Shown piece after piece: positions 55,181 through 64,000 of a stretch of 64,000 nt of DNA (its first letter is position 1; each line of letters opens with the position of its first letter). Below the pieces are notes generated by a model, which saw nothing but the letters and a program-made list of their open reading frames with translations, ran no database searches and was not told the origin of the DNA. Both the position numbers and the translations under genes were made by a program. This DNA comes from an uncultured Actinomycetes bacterium (GTDB taxonomy: Bacteria > Actinomycetota > Actinomycetes > S36-B12 > UBA10799). The stretch covers positions 91,607 through 155,606 of the forward strand of contig CAMPEQ010000005.1 in NCBI GenBank assembly GCA_946803585.1. The letters run 5' to 3'.

Positions 55181-56083
55181 ATGGTGATCGTGGAAGACGG
55201 GCTTCTCGACGGCGTAATGCTGATGTGGTGGATTCTGACGATTCCATCCTTCTTGTTCGTGCTCATCGACATCTTTGTGACAACACCCGAGGCGACCGTC
55301 ATGAAGTGGGCCTTCGTCATCCTCACTGCATTCACCGGTCCAGTTGGTGCCTTTTTCTACGTTCTCGCCTGCCGGGAACCGATCAAGGGAACCCACGAGC
55401 AGTACGTCAGCGTCCGCTGGCGCCAGGTCGTTGGCTCCACGATGCACTGCGCGGCGGGAGACGGAATCGGCATCATTGTGGGAGCCGCGATTGGTGCGGC
55501 GCTCACACTCACCTTCTGGCCTGATTTTGCCCTCGAGTACGTCCTGGGCTTCAGCTTCGGTTGGGGCTATTTCCAGGCCTTCGCAATGAAAGACATGGCA
55601 GACGGTGACTATCGCAAATCGCTAAAGATGACCTTTCTGCCTGAATTCCTCTCGATGAACTGCCTAATGTCGGGGATGCTGCTCGTCTCAAAGTTCTGGA
55701 TGCCGCATGTCGCAGGTGGAGATGATCCGGGCCAACCTCAGTTTTGGTTCATCATGTCGATCGCTTTACTCGGCGGGTTCATTGCTGCTTACCCGATGAA
55801 CTGGTGGATGGTCGCCAATCACATGAAGCACGGGATGATCACAGTCCTGAAGGACTCGCATCAAGCGGTTCCCGAGGCACCGGCAATATCGCACTGGACG
55901 ATGTCCGGGACACCAGGGACAACTGGGGAGGCGATGTCAATGTCAATGGGTTCCTCGTCCGGTGATTCTGCAGAACCCGCGATGGAAATGCCCGCCGCAC
56001 CCCGTTCGCTAAAGATTCAGATGATCGTTGTGTCGGTCGCCGTTCTGACGGTCACCCTCACAGTCATCAATCTCTTCGCCTGA
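55181..56083 (+). CDS. DUF4396-like membrane protein
   Basis: 300 aa. MKWAFVILTAFTGPVGAFFYVLACREP...HCAAGDGIGI. Confidence 0.55.
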   Translation: MVIVEDGLLDGVMLMWWILTIPSFLFVLIDIFVTTPEATVMKWAFVILTAFTGPVGAFFYVLACREPIKGTHEQYVSVRWRQVVGSTMHCAAGDGIGIIVGAAIGAALTLTFWPDFALEYVLGFSFGWGYFQAFAMKDMADGDYRKSLKMTFLPEFLSMNCLMSGMLLVSKFWMPHVAGGDDPGQPQFWFIMSIALLGGFIAAYPMNWWMVANHMKHGMITVLKDSHQAVPEAPAISHWTMSGTPGTTGEAMSMSMGSSSGDSAEPAMEMPAAPRSLKIQMIVVSVAVLTVTLTVINLFA

Positions 56084-56110
56084 CACCCGTTTCAGCGCGC
56101 TCGAGCCTTT

Positions 56111-57412
56111 CTACTGCATCGAGATGATGAGCTGGTCTAGCGGGAAGGCATCTTGGCGTGCCCCGTCGCTAGCTGAGGGCACCGTCGGCAACACTGTCCC
56201 CTTCGCCTCCGCTTTATCAAAGGCTGCAGTGCGCTGGTCCGCCGTGTCACCTGCCACCTGGGCGGTGACGGTAAACGCGGAGAGCTCATAGGGCACGCCA
56301 CTGCTCGCTAGTGGGGATGCCGAGTCCATCACGTGGAAGTGCAGGTGGGGAGCGATGCTGTTGCCGGAGTTCCCGACCTTGCCGATCACGTCGCCGGCGT
56401 TGACCTGATCTCCCACCTTGACCGCGAGACTGCCTGGGATCAAGTGCGCGTAGAGAACATAGTTGCCGTTGCCCAAATCAAGGACGACGTGGTTTCCGTC
56501 AGCGTTCTGCAAGTTGACGTCTTCGACGGTCTGCGGGACCTGATCAGGATATTCGTCAACCGCGGCCGCGACCGTGGCGTTCGCGAACGCGTGGGCGTCT
56601 TTGCCATAGATCTCATAGGAGTTCACGTCGGCTGGATCCCCTTGGAAGATCCGACCGGAGCTATCGACTTGCTCCCAGTCAACAGCGAACCGCTGAGCGA
56701 GGAACACCTCGTTGTTGATCGACAAAGCCGCGCGACGGTGCCGGTTCGCACAACACGAGTCGGCAGAAACGTAGCCGTCTCCTCGTAGTGGGTTCTGACC
56801 GATCGGAACCTGAGAACTACTCACGTCGATCGCCGGGACCTCTTCGGTGAGCTCCTGGGATCCAGGCGGCGCGGCTTCAGCCGTTAGCGATAACCGATGG
56901 CTGAGCCTGGTCGGAACCGTTGCATCAACATCGATCGCGACATCGAGGAACACCAGCGCGCCGCTCGCGGGTGGAAGCGTGGACAGTTTGGCTGCGGCAC
57001 CAGAGCCCGTTCCGGCTTCGTCAGCGATGTCCTCGTCGGTCGGTGAGCTACTACCGAACGGCTGCGTCGCTCGCGCGATTGCCTTGCCGCTGAGCTCCTT
57101 GAGAACCGCGCCGGTGTCAGCGTTGAGGACTTCAACCTTGTCCAGCTTGGTTGCCCCACTCGTGAAGTTAATCAGTGATAGCTCGTAGACCAGCCACGTC
57201 TTCGCATCCGAGCCGACAAATGGAATCGGCGAGTTCGGAACTGATGCCAGCACTGGCGTCATCTGGGCATCCACCGGAACTGCAGGCGAACTTGACGACG
57301 ACGGAGAGGCTTCTGGGGTAGAAGAGCACCCCGCAAGCACGAGGGACGCGGCGGCGACAGCACCGAGAGTTGCGATGAACGGGATCCTGCGGGAGTGAGT
57401 CCTCAGCATCAC
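56111..57412 (-). CDS. M23-family metallopeptidase lipoprotein
   Basis: 433 aa. Lipobox LVLAGCSS. HxxxD-type region YAHLIPGSLAVKVGDQVNAGDVIGKVGNSGNSIAPHLHFHV. Confidence 0.85.
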   Translation of the reverse strand: MMLRTHSRRIPFIATLGAVAAASLVLAGCSSTPEASPSSSSSPAVPVDAQMTPVLASVPNSPIPFVGSDAKTWLVYELSLINFTSGATKLDKVEVLNADTGAVLKELSGKAIARATQPFGSSSPTDEDIADEAGTGSGAAAKLSTLPPASGALVFLDVAIDVDATVPTRLSHRLSLTAEAAPPGSQELTEEVPAIDVSSSQVPIGQNPLRGDGYVSADSCCANRHRRAALSINNEVFLAQRFAVDWEQVDSSGRIFQGDPADVNSYEIYGKDAHAFANATVAAAVDEYPDQVPQTVEDVNLQNADGNHVVLDLGNGNYVLYAHLIPGSLAVKVGDQVNAGDVIGKVGNSGNSIAPHLHFHVMDSASPLASSGVPYELSAFTVTAQVAGDTADQRTAAFDKAEAKGTVLPTVPSASDGARQDAFPLDQLIISMQ

Positions 57413-57431
57413 CCAACAATATCCCGATTCG

Positions 57432-58475
57432 CTATTCCATCACTGTGTGGATTGCGCCGGATGTGACGTGAATGGCCGCATTGAATACCGCGATCGCTAG
57501 ATCGGCTGGCTCGTCAAAGCCATACAGATAGCCCGGCGGAAGGTACGAGAAGACGGCGGCGGTGATGACCCCATCGGCTCGAACGAGTCCCAGATTCCCG
57601 GCGTGCGAGGCGCCCTGTTTGGCCATCCGCAGATTTCCCTCGTTGAGGAAGGAACTTCCTGGTCCACTATCGAGCGGAGGGCTCACTGGACATTGGATAC
57701 GCAACCCTTGCCCATACATATTCGCGACGTCTCCGGTGTGCTCCGGGATGACGCCAACCGCCATGTCATCGGTTGAGAACACAAGGACGCCATCGTCGTC
57801 TACGACCTTGTGCCAACCTTGCTGGGACATCAACTCCTTGAAGTACGGCTTGGCTACTTCCCACCGTTCAAGGCATTCCGTGCCAGATTGGAACAGCGAA
57901 TCCTCTGACTCTCGTGCACCTTCGTTGGCATAGAACGACAACAGGTCGTCAGCTTCTGCGCGTACACCGAGTTGGTCATCCGATGCCAGCAACGAGTTGG
58001 TCAGAAACTCTCGGTCCTCGTCGGTCTCGGCCCTGGCGAACAGCTCACGGCTAGCCGCGTGGGCGGCAGTTGCCTGCGCCAAGACCGCGGTGTGAAACCA
58101 AGTCAGAATCCCACGCGAGTTCGCGTTTAGTTGTAGCGACGTCGCGATGATCAGCGCGCCTTCTTCCCAGAAGAATGAACCAAACGGAAAGCGCGCGTTG
58201 AAGTGCTCGGCGAACGAGGTCCCCTGCTGCTCGTCGACGGTCAGGATCGGGGTGAAGGCGGTGACCCGGATCCACGTCAATCCCGATCCATCTTCATATC
58301 CACCCCGCGCGCTGACCATGACGGTAGTGGGAAGGAAGCCGGACTGCCAGCGCAACTGATCGGGGCTCTCCACTATCCACTCTGGATCGAGCTGGAGTCC
58401 GTCGACGAGGTGATCGCGAATCTCTTTCCATTCGATGGGTGCCGGTTCAGAATGGCTTCCAGACGGTGATGTCAC
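57432..58475 (-). CDS. Hypothetical cytoplasmic protein (possibly tandem YbjN-like folds)
   Basis: 347-aa ORF, 19 nt upstream of the M23 gene. Fold assignment is a guess. Confidence 0.55.
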   Translation of the reverse strand: MTSPSGSHSEPAPIEWKEIRDHLVDGLQLDPEWIVESPDQLRWQSGFLPTTVMVSARGGYEDGSGLTWIRVTAFTPILTVDEQQGTSFAEHFNARFPFGSFFWEEGALIIATSLQLNANSRGILTWFHTAVLAQATAAHAASRELFARAETDEDREFLTNSLLASDDQLGVRAEADDLLSFYANEGARESEDSLFQSGTECLERWEVAKPYFKELMSQQGWHKVVDDDGVLVFSTDDMAVGVIPEHTGDVANMYGQGLRIQCPVSPPLDSGPGSSFLNEGNLRMAKQGASHAGNLGLVRADGVITAAVFSYLPPGYLYGFDEPADLAIAVFNAAIHVTSGAIHTVME

Positions 58476-58577
58476 CTAGTTCTCGATTCGTGGTAGATCG
58501 ACTTGTCAGACTTCGGCGTTCTGGCAGCCTATCGTCCTTGGGCACTTCGCCCACGTGAGAACAGACACGAGGACTTC

Positions 58578-59996
58578 CTAGCTCTTGGCAAGGGTGGTTG
58601 GGGCCCTTTCGCGGCGAGGGAAGCCAGTCAGGGCTCCCAGGGCAGCGACCACCATCACCGCGGCAGCGATGGCGAAGCCAGCAGTGACCCCGGGTGCGAT
58701 GGTTGAGGCGCCGGAATCCAACCCCTGCCCGAACACTGGTGCCAGCATCGCGACCAGGGCGCTCAGCACGGCAACGCCGAGGATCGATCCCAGTTGACGT
58801 GCAGCAGAGATCGTCCCCGATGCCGTTCCCCGTTCACCCTCATCGACAACTGACAAGGTGGCAGTCGTCATCGGGCTAAGGAGTAGGCCCACTCCGATTC
58901 CGACCGGGACGAGCCCGATGCACACCAGAACCACGGACCCGAATCCAAATCCGAGCGCTGCCAGCATCAACCCTGCAGCTAGGACGAGGGAGCCCACGAT
59001 CCCGATCTGACGAGGTCCGAGCGCGTGGTAGGAGCGTCCGACCCAGCGCGTCGCGATAAGCAGCGGAAGCACCATGGGTAACAACGCAACACCGCTGGCT
59101 GCGGCAGACAACCCCAGCGCCTCCTGCAGAGCAAGCGCCCCGTAAATCGCGGCAACTGTCATCCCGAATCCGAGGCAGAACAGTACGAGCGTTCCAGCAC
59201 TGAAACTGCGGATGGCGAAGATCCGCAGATTGACAATCGGATGTTCCACCACCAGACTTCGCCAGACGAAGACCGCAAGGAATAGCACGCCCGCTGCGAA
59301 GATGACCCAGGTAGCCAGCGACGCGATGCCCCACTGAGGTAGCTGAAGCAGTGCCACAACGACACCGCTGATCCCGACGATCAACGCAACTGTTCCCACC
59401 ACATCCCAGCGGGGTAGCGCCTTTCGAGTATTCAGCGGACGGGCCCGAAGCATCAGGCCGAACCCGATGAGACCCACCGGAATATTGATGAGGAACCCCA
59501 TTCGCCACGTCCAGAATTCGGCGAGCACTCCGCCGATGATGGGTCCAACTACCGCGAACCCCTGCCCGACGCCGGTAAAGACCGCCATCATTGGTGCACG
59601 CGCTTGGCCTTCGAAGGTATTCGTGATGATCGTCAGCGACGCGGGTAGCAGCAGGGCGGCCGCTACTCCCGCCAGCGAACGCCAAGCGACGATCGTGAGC
59701 TCTGAATCAGCGAGCCCTATTCCGGCGGAGGCAACGACAAAGCCGAGCATGCCGACCGAATACGCCGTCCCGGCGCCGATGGCATCGGTGATGCGACCAC
59801 CCAACGGAAGAAATACCGCCAAGGCGAGCAGGTAGCTCGAGACGACCCAGGCGATCCGGGTCGAGGTGAGCCCGAGGTCTCGCTGAATCGTCGCGAGCAT
59901 GACTCCCACGATGGTCGAATCGAGGACGAGTAGGACCATCGCCAGGGTCGCCGCGACCAAGATGGATCGCGGAGAGTTCGGGACCGTCGGTGTCAC
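58578..59996 (-). CDS. MFS transporter (14-TM DHA2/EmrB-like)
   Basis: 472 aa. Motif-A-like GGRITDAIG. About 14 helices. Confidence 0.85.
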   Translation of the reverse strand: MTPTVPNSPRSILVAATLAMVLLVLDSTIVGVMLATIQRDLGLTSTRIAWVVSSYLLALAVFLPLGGRITDAIGAGTAYSVGMLGFVVASAGIGLADSELTIVAWRSLAGVAAALLLPASLTIITNTFEGQARAPMMAVFTGVGQGFAVVGPIIGGVLAEFWTWRMGFLINIPVGLIGFGLMLRARPLNTRKALPRWDVVGTVALIVGISGVVVALLQLPQWGIASLATWVIFAAGVLFLAVFVWRSLVVEHPIVNLRIFAIRSFSAGTLVLFCLGFGMTVAAIYGALALQEALGLSAAASGVALLPMVLPLLIATRWVGRSYHALGPRQIGIVGSLVLAAGLMLAALGFGFGSVVLVCIGLVPVGIGVGLLLSPMTTATLSVVDEGERGTASGTISAARQLGSILGVAVLSALVAMLAPVFGQGLDSGASTIAPGVTAGFAIAAAVMVVAALGALTGFPRRERAPTTLAKS

Positions 59997-61054
59997 TGCC
60001 AGCGGGCCGAACTAGCTCGCAGGTGATTCACGATCAGCGGCGTGAACCAGCGGTAGCGGCGCCCTCGCTCATGGAATCCCACGTGCCCGCCGCGCTCGGC
60101 AATAGCCCGGGAGACGAAGCCCGCGCGCTCCAGTTCGACCCAGTCAATCGCTTGATACGGCGAGGCAGGAATCATCGGATCATCGAGTGAGTGGATTACC
60201 AGCAGGGGGCGCTCAACAGAGGCCAGGAACGGCCCGGAAGAGTTGATTCGGTAATACTCGGTCGCGTCCTGCCAACCATTGCGCGGGGCTGTCAGCGCAT
60301 TGTCGAAGTCGGCGAGGTCTCGCGCCTGTTCGATAAGTCGACGTTCATCAGCGCTGACACGTGCGCCCCTACCCGGGAATTCCTGGAGTGAGTCACGTTT
60401 AAGAGAGCGCAGGATGTACTTCTCATAGCCGCCGAACGCTGCCCGTGAGAGGTGCCCCGATCCGACCTGTAGGTCCAATGGTGCTGATATGGCGACACCA
60501 GCAACTCGCTCAAGGCCTGGCAGTGGCTCACCGAGGAGTTTGATAGCGACGTTGCCGCCTAGGGAGAACCCGACCACGCCGAGGGAGGGTAGGCGTGTGC
60601 TGTCATCCAGCGCTTCCGGCTCGCTGGCCAATCGGTAGAGAACGCGGCGCACATCCTCGGTCTTCCCGGCGTGGTAGAAGTTCCGACTCATCTCCTTAGA
60701 GAGCCCCGCTCCTCGCAGATCGAGACGCGCGACGTTGAACCCGGCCCGCAACAAGGCGTGGGCGGTACTCATCACATACGTTGACTCCGCTGACCCACCC
60801 AATCCATGGATGAGAACGACGAGTCGCACGCCCGCATCACGCCCACCATTCGTCGGTTGCGGCCGGTTGGATCGATGCACGATGACAGAGAGCCGGTCGC
60901 CGGTTCCGTCGTCCAGATCGACGATGATCTGGCGCGCAAGACCGAGCGACTCAAGCGGAAATGACCCAGGGCGAAGCTGTGCGCGGACCGTCTGAAGGTG
61001 ACCGGAGCTCCATCCGGTTGGGGTCTGGAACGAGGCATTCGCGACCGACTCCAC
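59993..61054 (-). CDS. Alpha/beta hydrolase (YheT-like)
   Basis: 353 aa. HGLGGSAES, nucleophile elbow GFSLGGN. 4-nt overlap with the MFS start. Confidence 0.8.
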   Translation of the reverse strand: MESVANASFQTPTGWSSGHLQTVRAQLRPGSFPLESLGLARQIIVDLDDGTGDRLSVIVHRSNRPQPTNGGRDAGVRLVVLIHGLGGSAESTYVMSTAHALLRAGFNVARLDLRGAGLSKEMSRNFYHAGKTEDVRRVLYRLASEPEALDDSTRLPSLGVVGFSLGGNVAIKLLGEPLPGLERVAGVAISAPLDLQVGSGHLSRAAFGGYEKYILRSLKRDSLQEFPGRGARVSADERRLIEQARDLADFDNALTAPRNGWQDATEYYRINSSGPFLASVERPLLVIHSLDDPMIPASPYQAIDWVELERAGFVSRAIAERGGHVGFHERGRRYRWFTPLIVNHLRASSARWQ

Positions 61055-61170
61055 GCCCAGAGATTACCGTCAGGTGCTCGAGACCTCTCGGGGAACGACC
61101 CTTGGAAAAAACTTGGCCAAATTTGGTCGAAAAGACTCAAGGCCTCGCAGAATCTACCGATACGTAGTCA

Positions 61171-62076
61171 GTGACGTCTAAACCAGCGCCCCATCTGGCG
61201 ATCGTTGACGCAGATGCACCGGGCGCCGCAGATGGAATGAGTATCCCATCCCAACGACACTCGGCGTCGAATCACCAAGCGATCATCCTCGAGGCTGCCA
61301 CCATGGCCAGCACTGACGGAATGCTGCTCCTCGACGACGAGTTCAAGATTGTGTGGATCAACACCGCCGCCCGCAAACTCCTGCGACTCGACAAAAGTGA
61401 AGCGATCGGTCTGCCGTTCAATATCGGAGCCGCTGGAAGCCGGATCGGGCTGGACATCACCCGCCCAGACGGATCGACCGGCGTGGGGTCAGTTCGTGTG
61501 AGCGGATCACAGGTAGATGGCAAGAGTATGTACGTGGCAACTATCGAGGATGTAAGCGACGATCAGATGTCGCTCCAACGCCTAACTGAGACGGCGCTGT
61601 ACGACGCGCTCACCGGACTACCAAACCGTCGCCTCTTCACTAGCAGAATCGATCAATCAATTCTCCGTGTTGAACGTCGCGGTGGAGCAGTTGGTTTGCT
61701 GTTTGTCGACGTAGATCACTTCAAGGCAATCAATGACTCCTACGGTCATGCAGCGGGAGATGCGGTCCTTACCGAGGTCGCGCGAAGGCTCTCCGTTGCG
61801 GTTCGGCATACGGACTCGGTCGCGCGCCTAGGTGGAGACGAGTTCATCGCCATCATCGATTCCAAGTCGCCGGAGAAGCTGCGGACAACTGCGGTACTGC
61901 GCAGGATTCAGCTCGCGTTCGCCGAACCGGTTGATATCGGAAGCACCTCAATCGATGTGCGGCTCAGTATCGGCACCGCACAGTACGAGCCAGGCAGCGA
62001 CCTGACAGCCGAGCAACTAATGCGCCGGGCCGATATCGCGATGTACCGGGAGAAAGAGAAGAACCGTGACAACTAG
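61171..62076 (+). CDS. PAS domain + GGDEF diguanylate cyclase
   Basis: 301 aa. DGMLLLDDEFKIVWINTAARKLL (PAS), DALTGLPNRRLF, FVDVDHFKAINDSYGHAAGD, LGGDEFIAI. Confidence 0.85.
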   Translation: MTSKPAPHLAIVDADAPGAADGMSIPSQRHSASNHQAIILEAATMASTDGMLLLDDEFKIVWINTAARKLLRLDKSEAIGLPFNIGAAGSRIGLDITRPDGSTGVGSVRVSGSQVDGKSMYVATIEDVSDDQMSLQRLTETALYDALTGLPNRRLFTSRIDQSILRVERRGGAVGLLFVDVDHFKAINDSYGHAAGDAVLTEVARRLSVAVRHTDSVARLGGDEFIAIIDSKSPEKLRTTAVLRRIQLAFAEPVDIGSTSIDVRLSIGTAQYEPGSDLTAEQLMRRADIAMYREKEKNRDN

Positions 62077-62111
62077 GCGCGTGTGTTAGTGCCCGCAGGG
62101 GCCTTGAGCAC

Positions 62112-63632
62112 CTAGGCCTTGCCCTCAGGATCAGGGAACAACTGCTCTATCGATTCGATCTCGCTCTCGAAGTGAACGGGCACTCCAGTGAGGATCCCGG
62201 TGACCTTGCGGAAGGTCTTCCCGATTCGCATTCCGTTCTCGCCAATATCGAACTCGCGGATCTCGTTATCATGCTGTGACCCTCGCAGCTTGAGAACGGT
62301 GATTCCACGGCGAATATCGCCGAATCCTTCTACATAGCGCAGGAGAATGATCCCATCAGTAATTGACGAGATATGCGATTCCGTGACCGACGACCCGCCC
62401 ATGAGGGTTGGTGTCGTCGAGGTCAGCAGCGCAGATATTTCCTTCGCCTTGACCGTTGAAGTAATCGCGATGACGAACTCCCGGAAGGAGCGCTGGCTCC
62501 CTGCCCGCTCAAGCGCACTCATACTGTCAATCGCTATCCGAGTTGGTTGGAAGTCGTCGATCTCCGCCTTCATCTTGATGAGGTGGTCCTCATAGCCGAG
62601 GGACTCTGGGTAACTCGCAACGATTCGCAGCTTTCCGTCGCGCTCCATCTGTTCGTAGTCAACCCCCCATCCCGCAGCATTACGGGTTAGTTGGTCGCGA
62701 CTTTCTTCATACGCGAAGACAAGTGCCTTCTCGTCCGGTGAATCCTGAACTGCGCGGACATATTCAGTCACCATCAGGGTCTTACCAGCGCCCGTTGCCC
62801 CCGACACCAGCGCGACCATGTCGCGGAAGAACCCGCCGTGGCACATGTCATCTAACTCGCTGTTACCGGAACTGATTCTAAGGTTGGACGACACTTGACT
62901 CAGGTCGTATCCCGACAGCGGAATAACAACGATTCCGCGACGCGGCACAACCGAGAACGGTGTCTCACCCTTGAGGTGGTGGGTGCCACGGAACTTGAGG
63001 ATCTCAATAGTGCGGTGACGTCGCTCTTGCTCGAGCAGGTTCCTCAGCACGATGACGTTGTCCGTGACGAACTCTTCGATGCCGAATTTCCCGATGTCAC
63101 CATGTTCGGTACTCCGCTCGGAAGTGAGAAGCGCCGTCACTCCGATCCTCTTCAGCAAGGCAGTCAACCGGAATAGTTCCGCGCGGATCAGTCGTCCATC
63201 CGGGATCTGGTTCAGGATCGCGCCGATGGAATCCAGCGCGACTCGGCTGGCGCCGACCGTGCGCACCGCGCTCTCGATTCGTGCAAAGAGTGCGCCCAAG
63301 TCGTAGTCACCTGAGAAGGTCGGCGGTGAGTCGATATCTGCCGACGCATCCACGAATGCCCACAGACCTTGGTCTTCCCACGCCTGGATATCCCAACCGA
63401 ACGATTGCAGGTTTCGGCGCAGATCCGCCGGTGTCTCCTCGAAGGTGACGAACACTGCTGATTCCCCGTCTTCGCAACCGTGAGCGAGGAACTGCGCGGC
63501 GAGAATCGTCTTTCCCGAACCCGCGCTTCCCGATACGAGGGTAGTTCGACCGATCGGAAGACCACCCTCCGAGATCATGTCCAGACCAGGAATCCTCGTC
63601 GGTACCTTCGGGATCTCCGTGAACTCAAGCAT
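62112..63632 (-). CDS. kaiC: KaiC homologue (double RecA-like ATPase)
   Basis: 506 aa. Walker A GSAGSGKT and GATGAGKT. Glu pairs VTFEETP and FAYEESR. VTESHISSITD at the phospho-site position. Confidence 0.9.
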   Translation of the reverse strand: MLEFTEIPKVPTRIPGLDMISEGGLPIGRTTLVSGSAGSGKTILAAQFLAHGCEDGESAVFVTFEETPADLRRNLQSFGWDIQAWEDQGLWAFVDASADIDSPPTFSGDYDLGALFARIESAVRTVGASRVALDSIGAILNQIPDGRLIRAELFRLTALLKRIGVTALLTSERSTEHGDIGKFGIEEFVTDNVIVLRNLLEQERRHRTIEILKFRGTHHLKGETPFSVVPRRGIVVIPLSGYDLSQVSSNLRISSGNSELDDMCHGGFFRDMVALVSGATGAGKTLMVTEYVRAVQDSPDEKALVFAYEESRDQLTRNAAGWGVDYEQMERDGKLRIVASYPESLGYEDHLIKMKAEIDDFQPTRIAIDSMSALERAGSQRSFREFVIAITSTVKAKEISALLTSTTPTLMGGSSVTESHISSITDGIILLRYVEGFGDIRRGITVLKLRGSQHDNEIREFDIGENGMRIGKTFRKVTGILTGVPVHFESEIESIEQLFPDPEGKA

Positions 63633-64000
63633 TCTTCTCCTTCTTCTTGACAGGTTGTCGGGGGCGGTCGCGATCGGTCGGACCGCCGGGTTTAGATGGT
63701 TCCTTTGCCTTCTGGGGTCCTTTGGACTTTGGAATATTCGCCTTCTTCGGGGCGGCGGTATGCACCAGGGCAGTCTGGCGGTAGTTCGAGACGAGCTCGC
63801 CCATCACGCGAACGAGCACGAGCATGCTTGCCCCGACAAGTTGCTTACTCATTCCGATGCTGAGCCGCTGCTTCATGACCTTAAGCGCGGCAGCATGTAA
63901 CTCGGTGATGTCGTGGGGAGTTGCAAAGTAGATGGCCATCTCGCCACCGATAGAACGAGCGAGATCTCCGCTATCTGCATCCGAGCGAAAAACTGAACTC
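63625..64000 (-). CDS. Unknown protein; 5' end lies beyond the window; basic Lys/Pro-rich C-terminal tail
   Basis: The frame is open to position 64000 (manual check: ...SSVFRSDADSGDLARSIGGEMAIYFATPHDITELHAAALKVMKQRL...). 8-nt overlap (ATGCTTGA) with the kaiC start. Confidence 0.5.
   Translation of the reverse strand, partial: SSVFRSDADSGDLARSIGGEMAIYFATPHDITELHAAALKVMKQRLSIGMSKQLVGASMLVLVRVMGELVSNYRQTALVHTAAPKKANIPKSKGPQKAKEPSKPGGPTDRDRPRQPVKKKEKNA

Noticed and set aside
63625-63939. The upstream ORF of kaiC as KaiB
   Set aside because: The visible sequence shows no thioredoxin-like KaiB pattern. The ORF is also longer than the track suggests, since it is open to the window edge. It is left as unknown.
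1-64000. CRISPR arrays, transposons, prophage or defence islands
   Set aside because: No repeat has more than two copies. No cas, transposase, integrase, restriction or abortive-infection-type domains were recognised. Composition is uniform apart from short intergenic AT-richer patches.

Overview
High-GC (about 60% by eye, not computed) chromosomal segment with the gene content of an Actinomycetota core genome. It holds about 60 densely packed protein genes on both strands and one tRNA-Arg(UCU). I found no rRNA, CRISPR array, transposase, integrase or phage genes. Housekeeping blocks: pepN / DUF5130 / malQ / amidase; prolyl oligopeptidase / MscS / truncated haemoglobin glbO / ettA / SSB paralogue (order resembles M. 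tuberculosis Rv2467-Rv2478c, from memory); orn; a thiolase-meaB-icmA acyl-CoA mutase operon; and a class A PBP with a PASTA domain. Two edge-truncated genes missing from the ORF track were recovered by manual translation: a FUSC-family membrane protein (1..1484, minus) and the gene upstream of kaiC (63625..>64000, minus). I could not identify one clear-cut novel system. The best candidates, in order: (1) a full-length KaiC homologue with conserved catalytic and phospho-site residues, no KaiA/KaiB in view, translationally coupled to an unknown upstream ORF and convergent with a PAS-GGDEF cyclase. (2) A Ser/Thr kinase with a polytopic membrane C-terminus, followed by an FHA-LuxR fusion regulator, with an unannotated Cys/His small ORF between them. 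(3) A GAF-GGDEF plus hemerythrin two-gene operon. (4) A PBP operon with two translationally coupled uncharacterised envelope proteins. (5) Two uncharacterised glycoconjugate clusters: epimerase with a Zn-ribbon insert / GT2 / DUF2064-methyltransferase fusion / GT-C, and GT4 / methyltransferase / prenyltransferase-like. Short tandem repeats, palindromes and small ORFs in the few long intergenic gaps are reported separately. All functional calls rest on motif recognition by eye; no database search was run.
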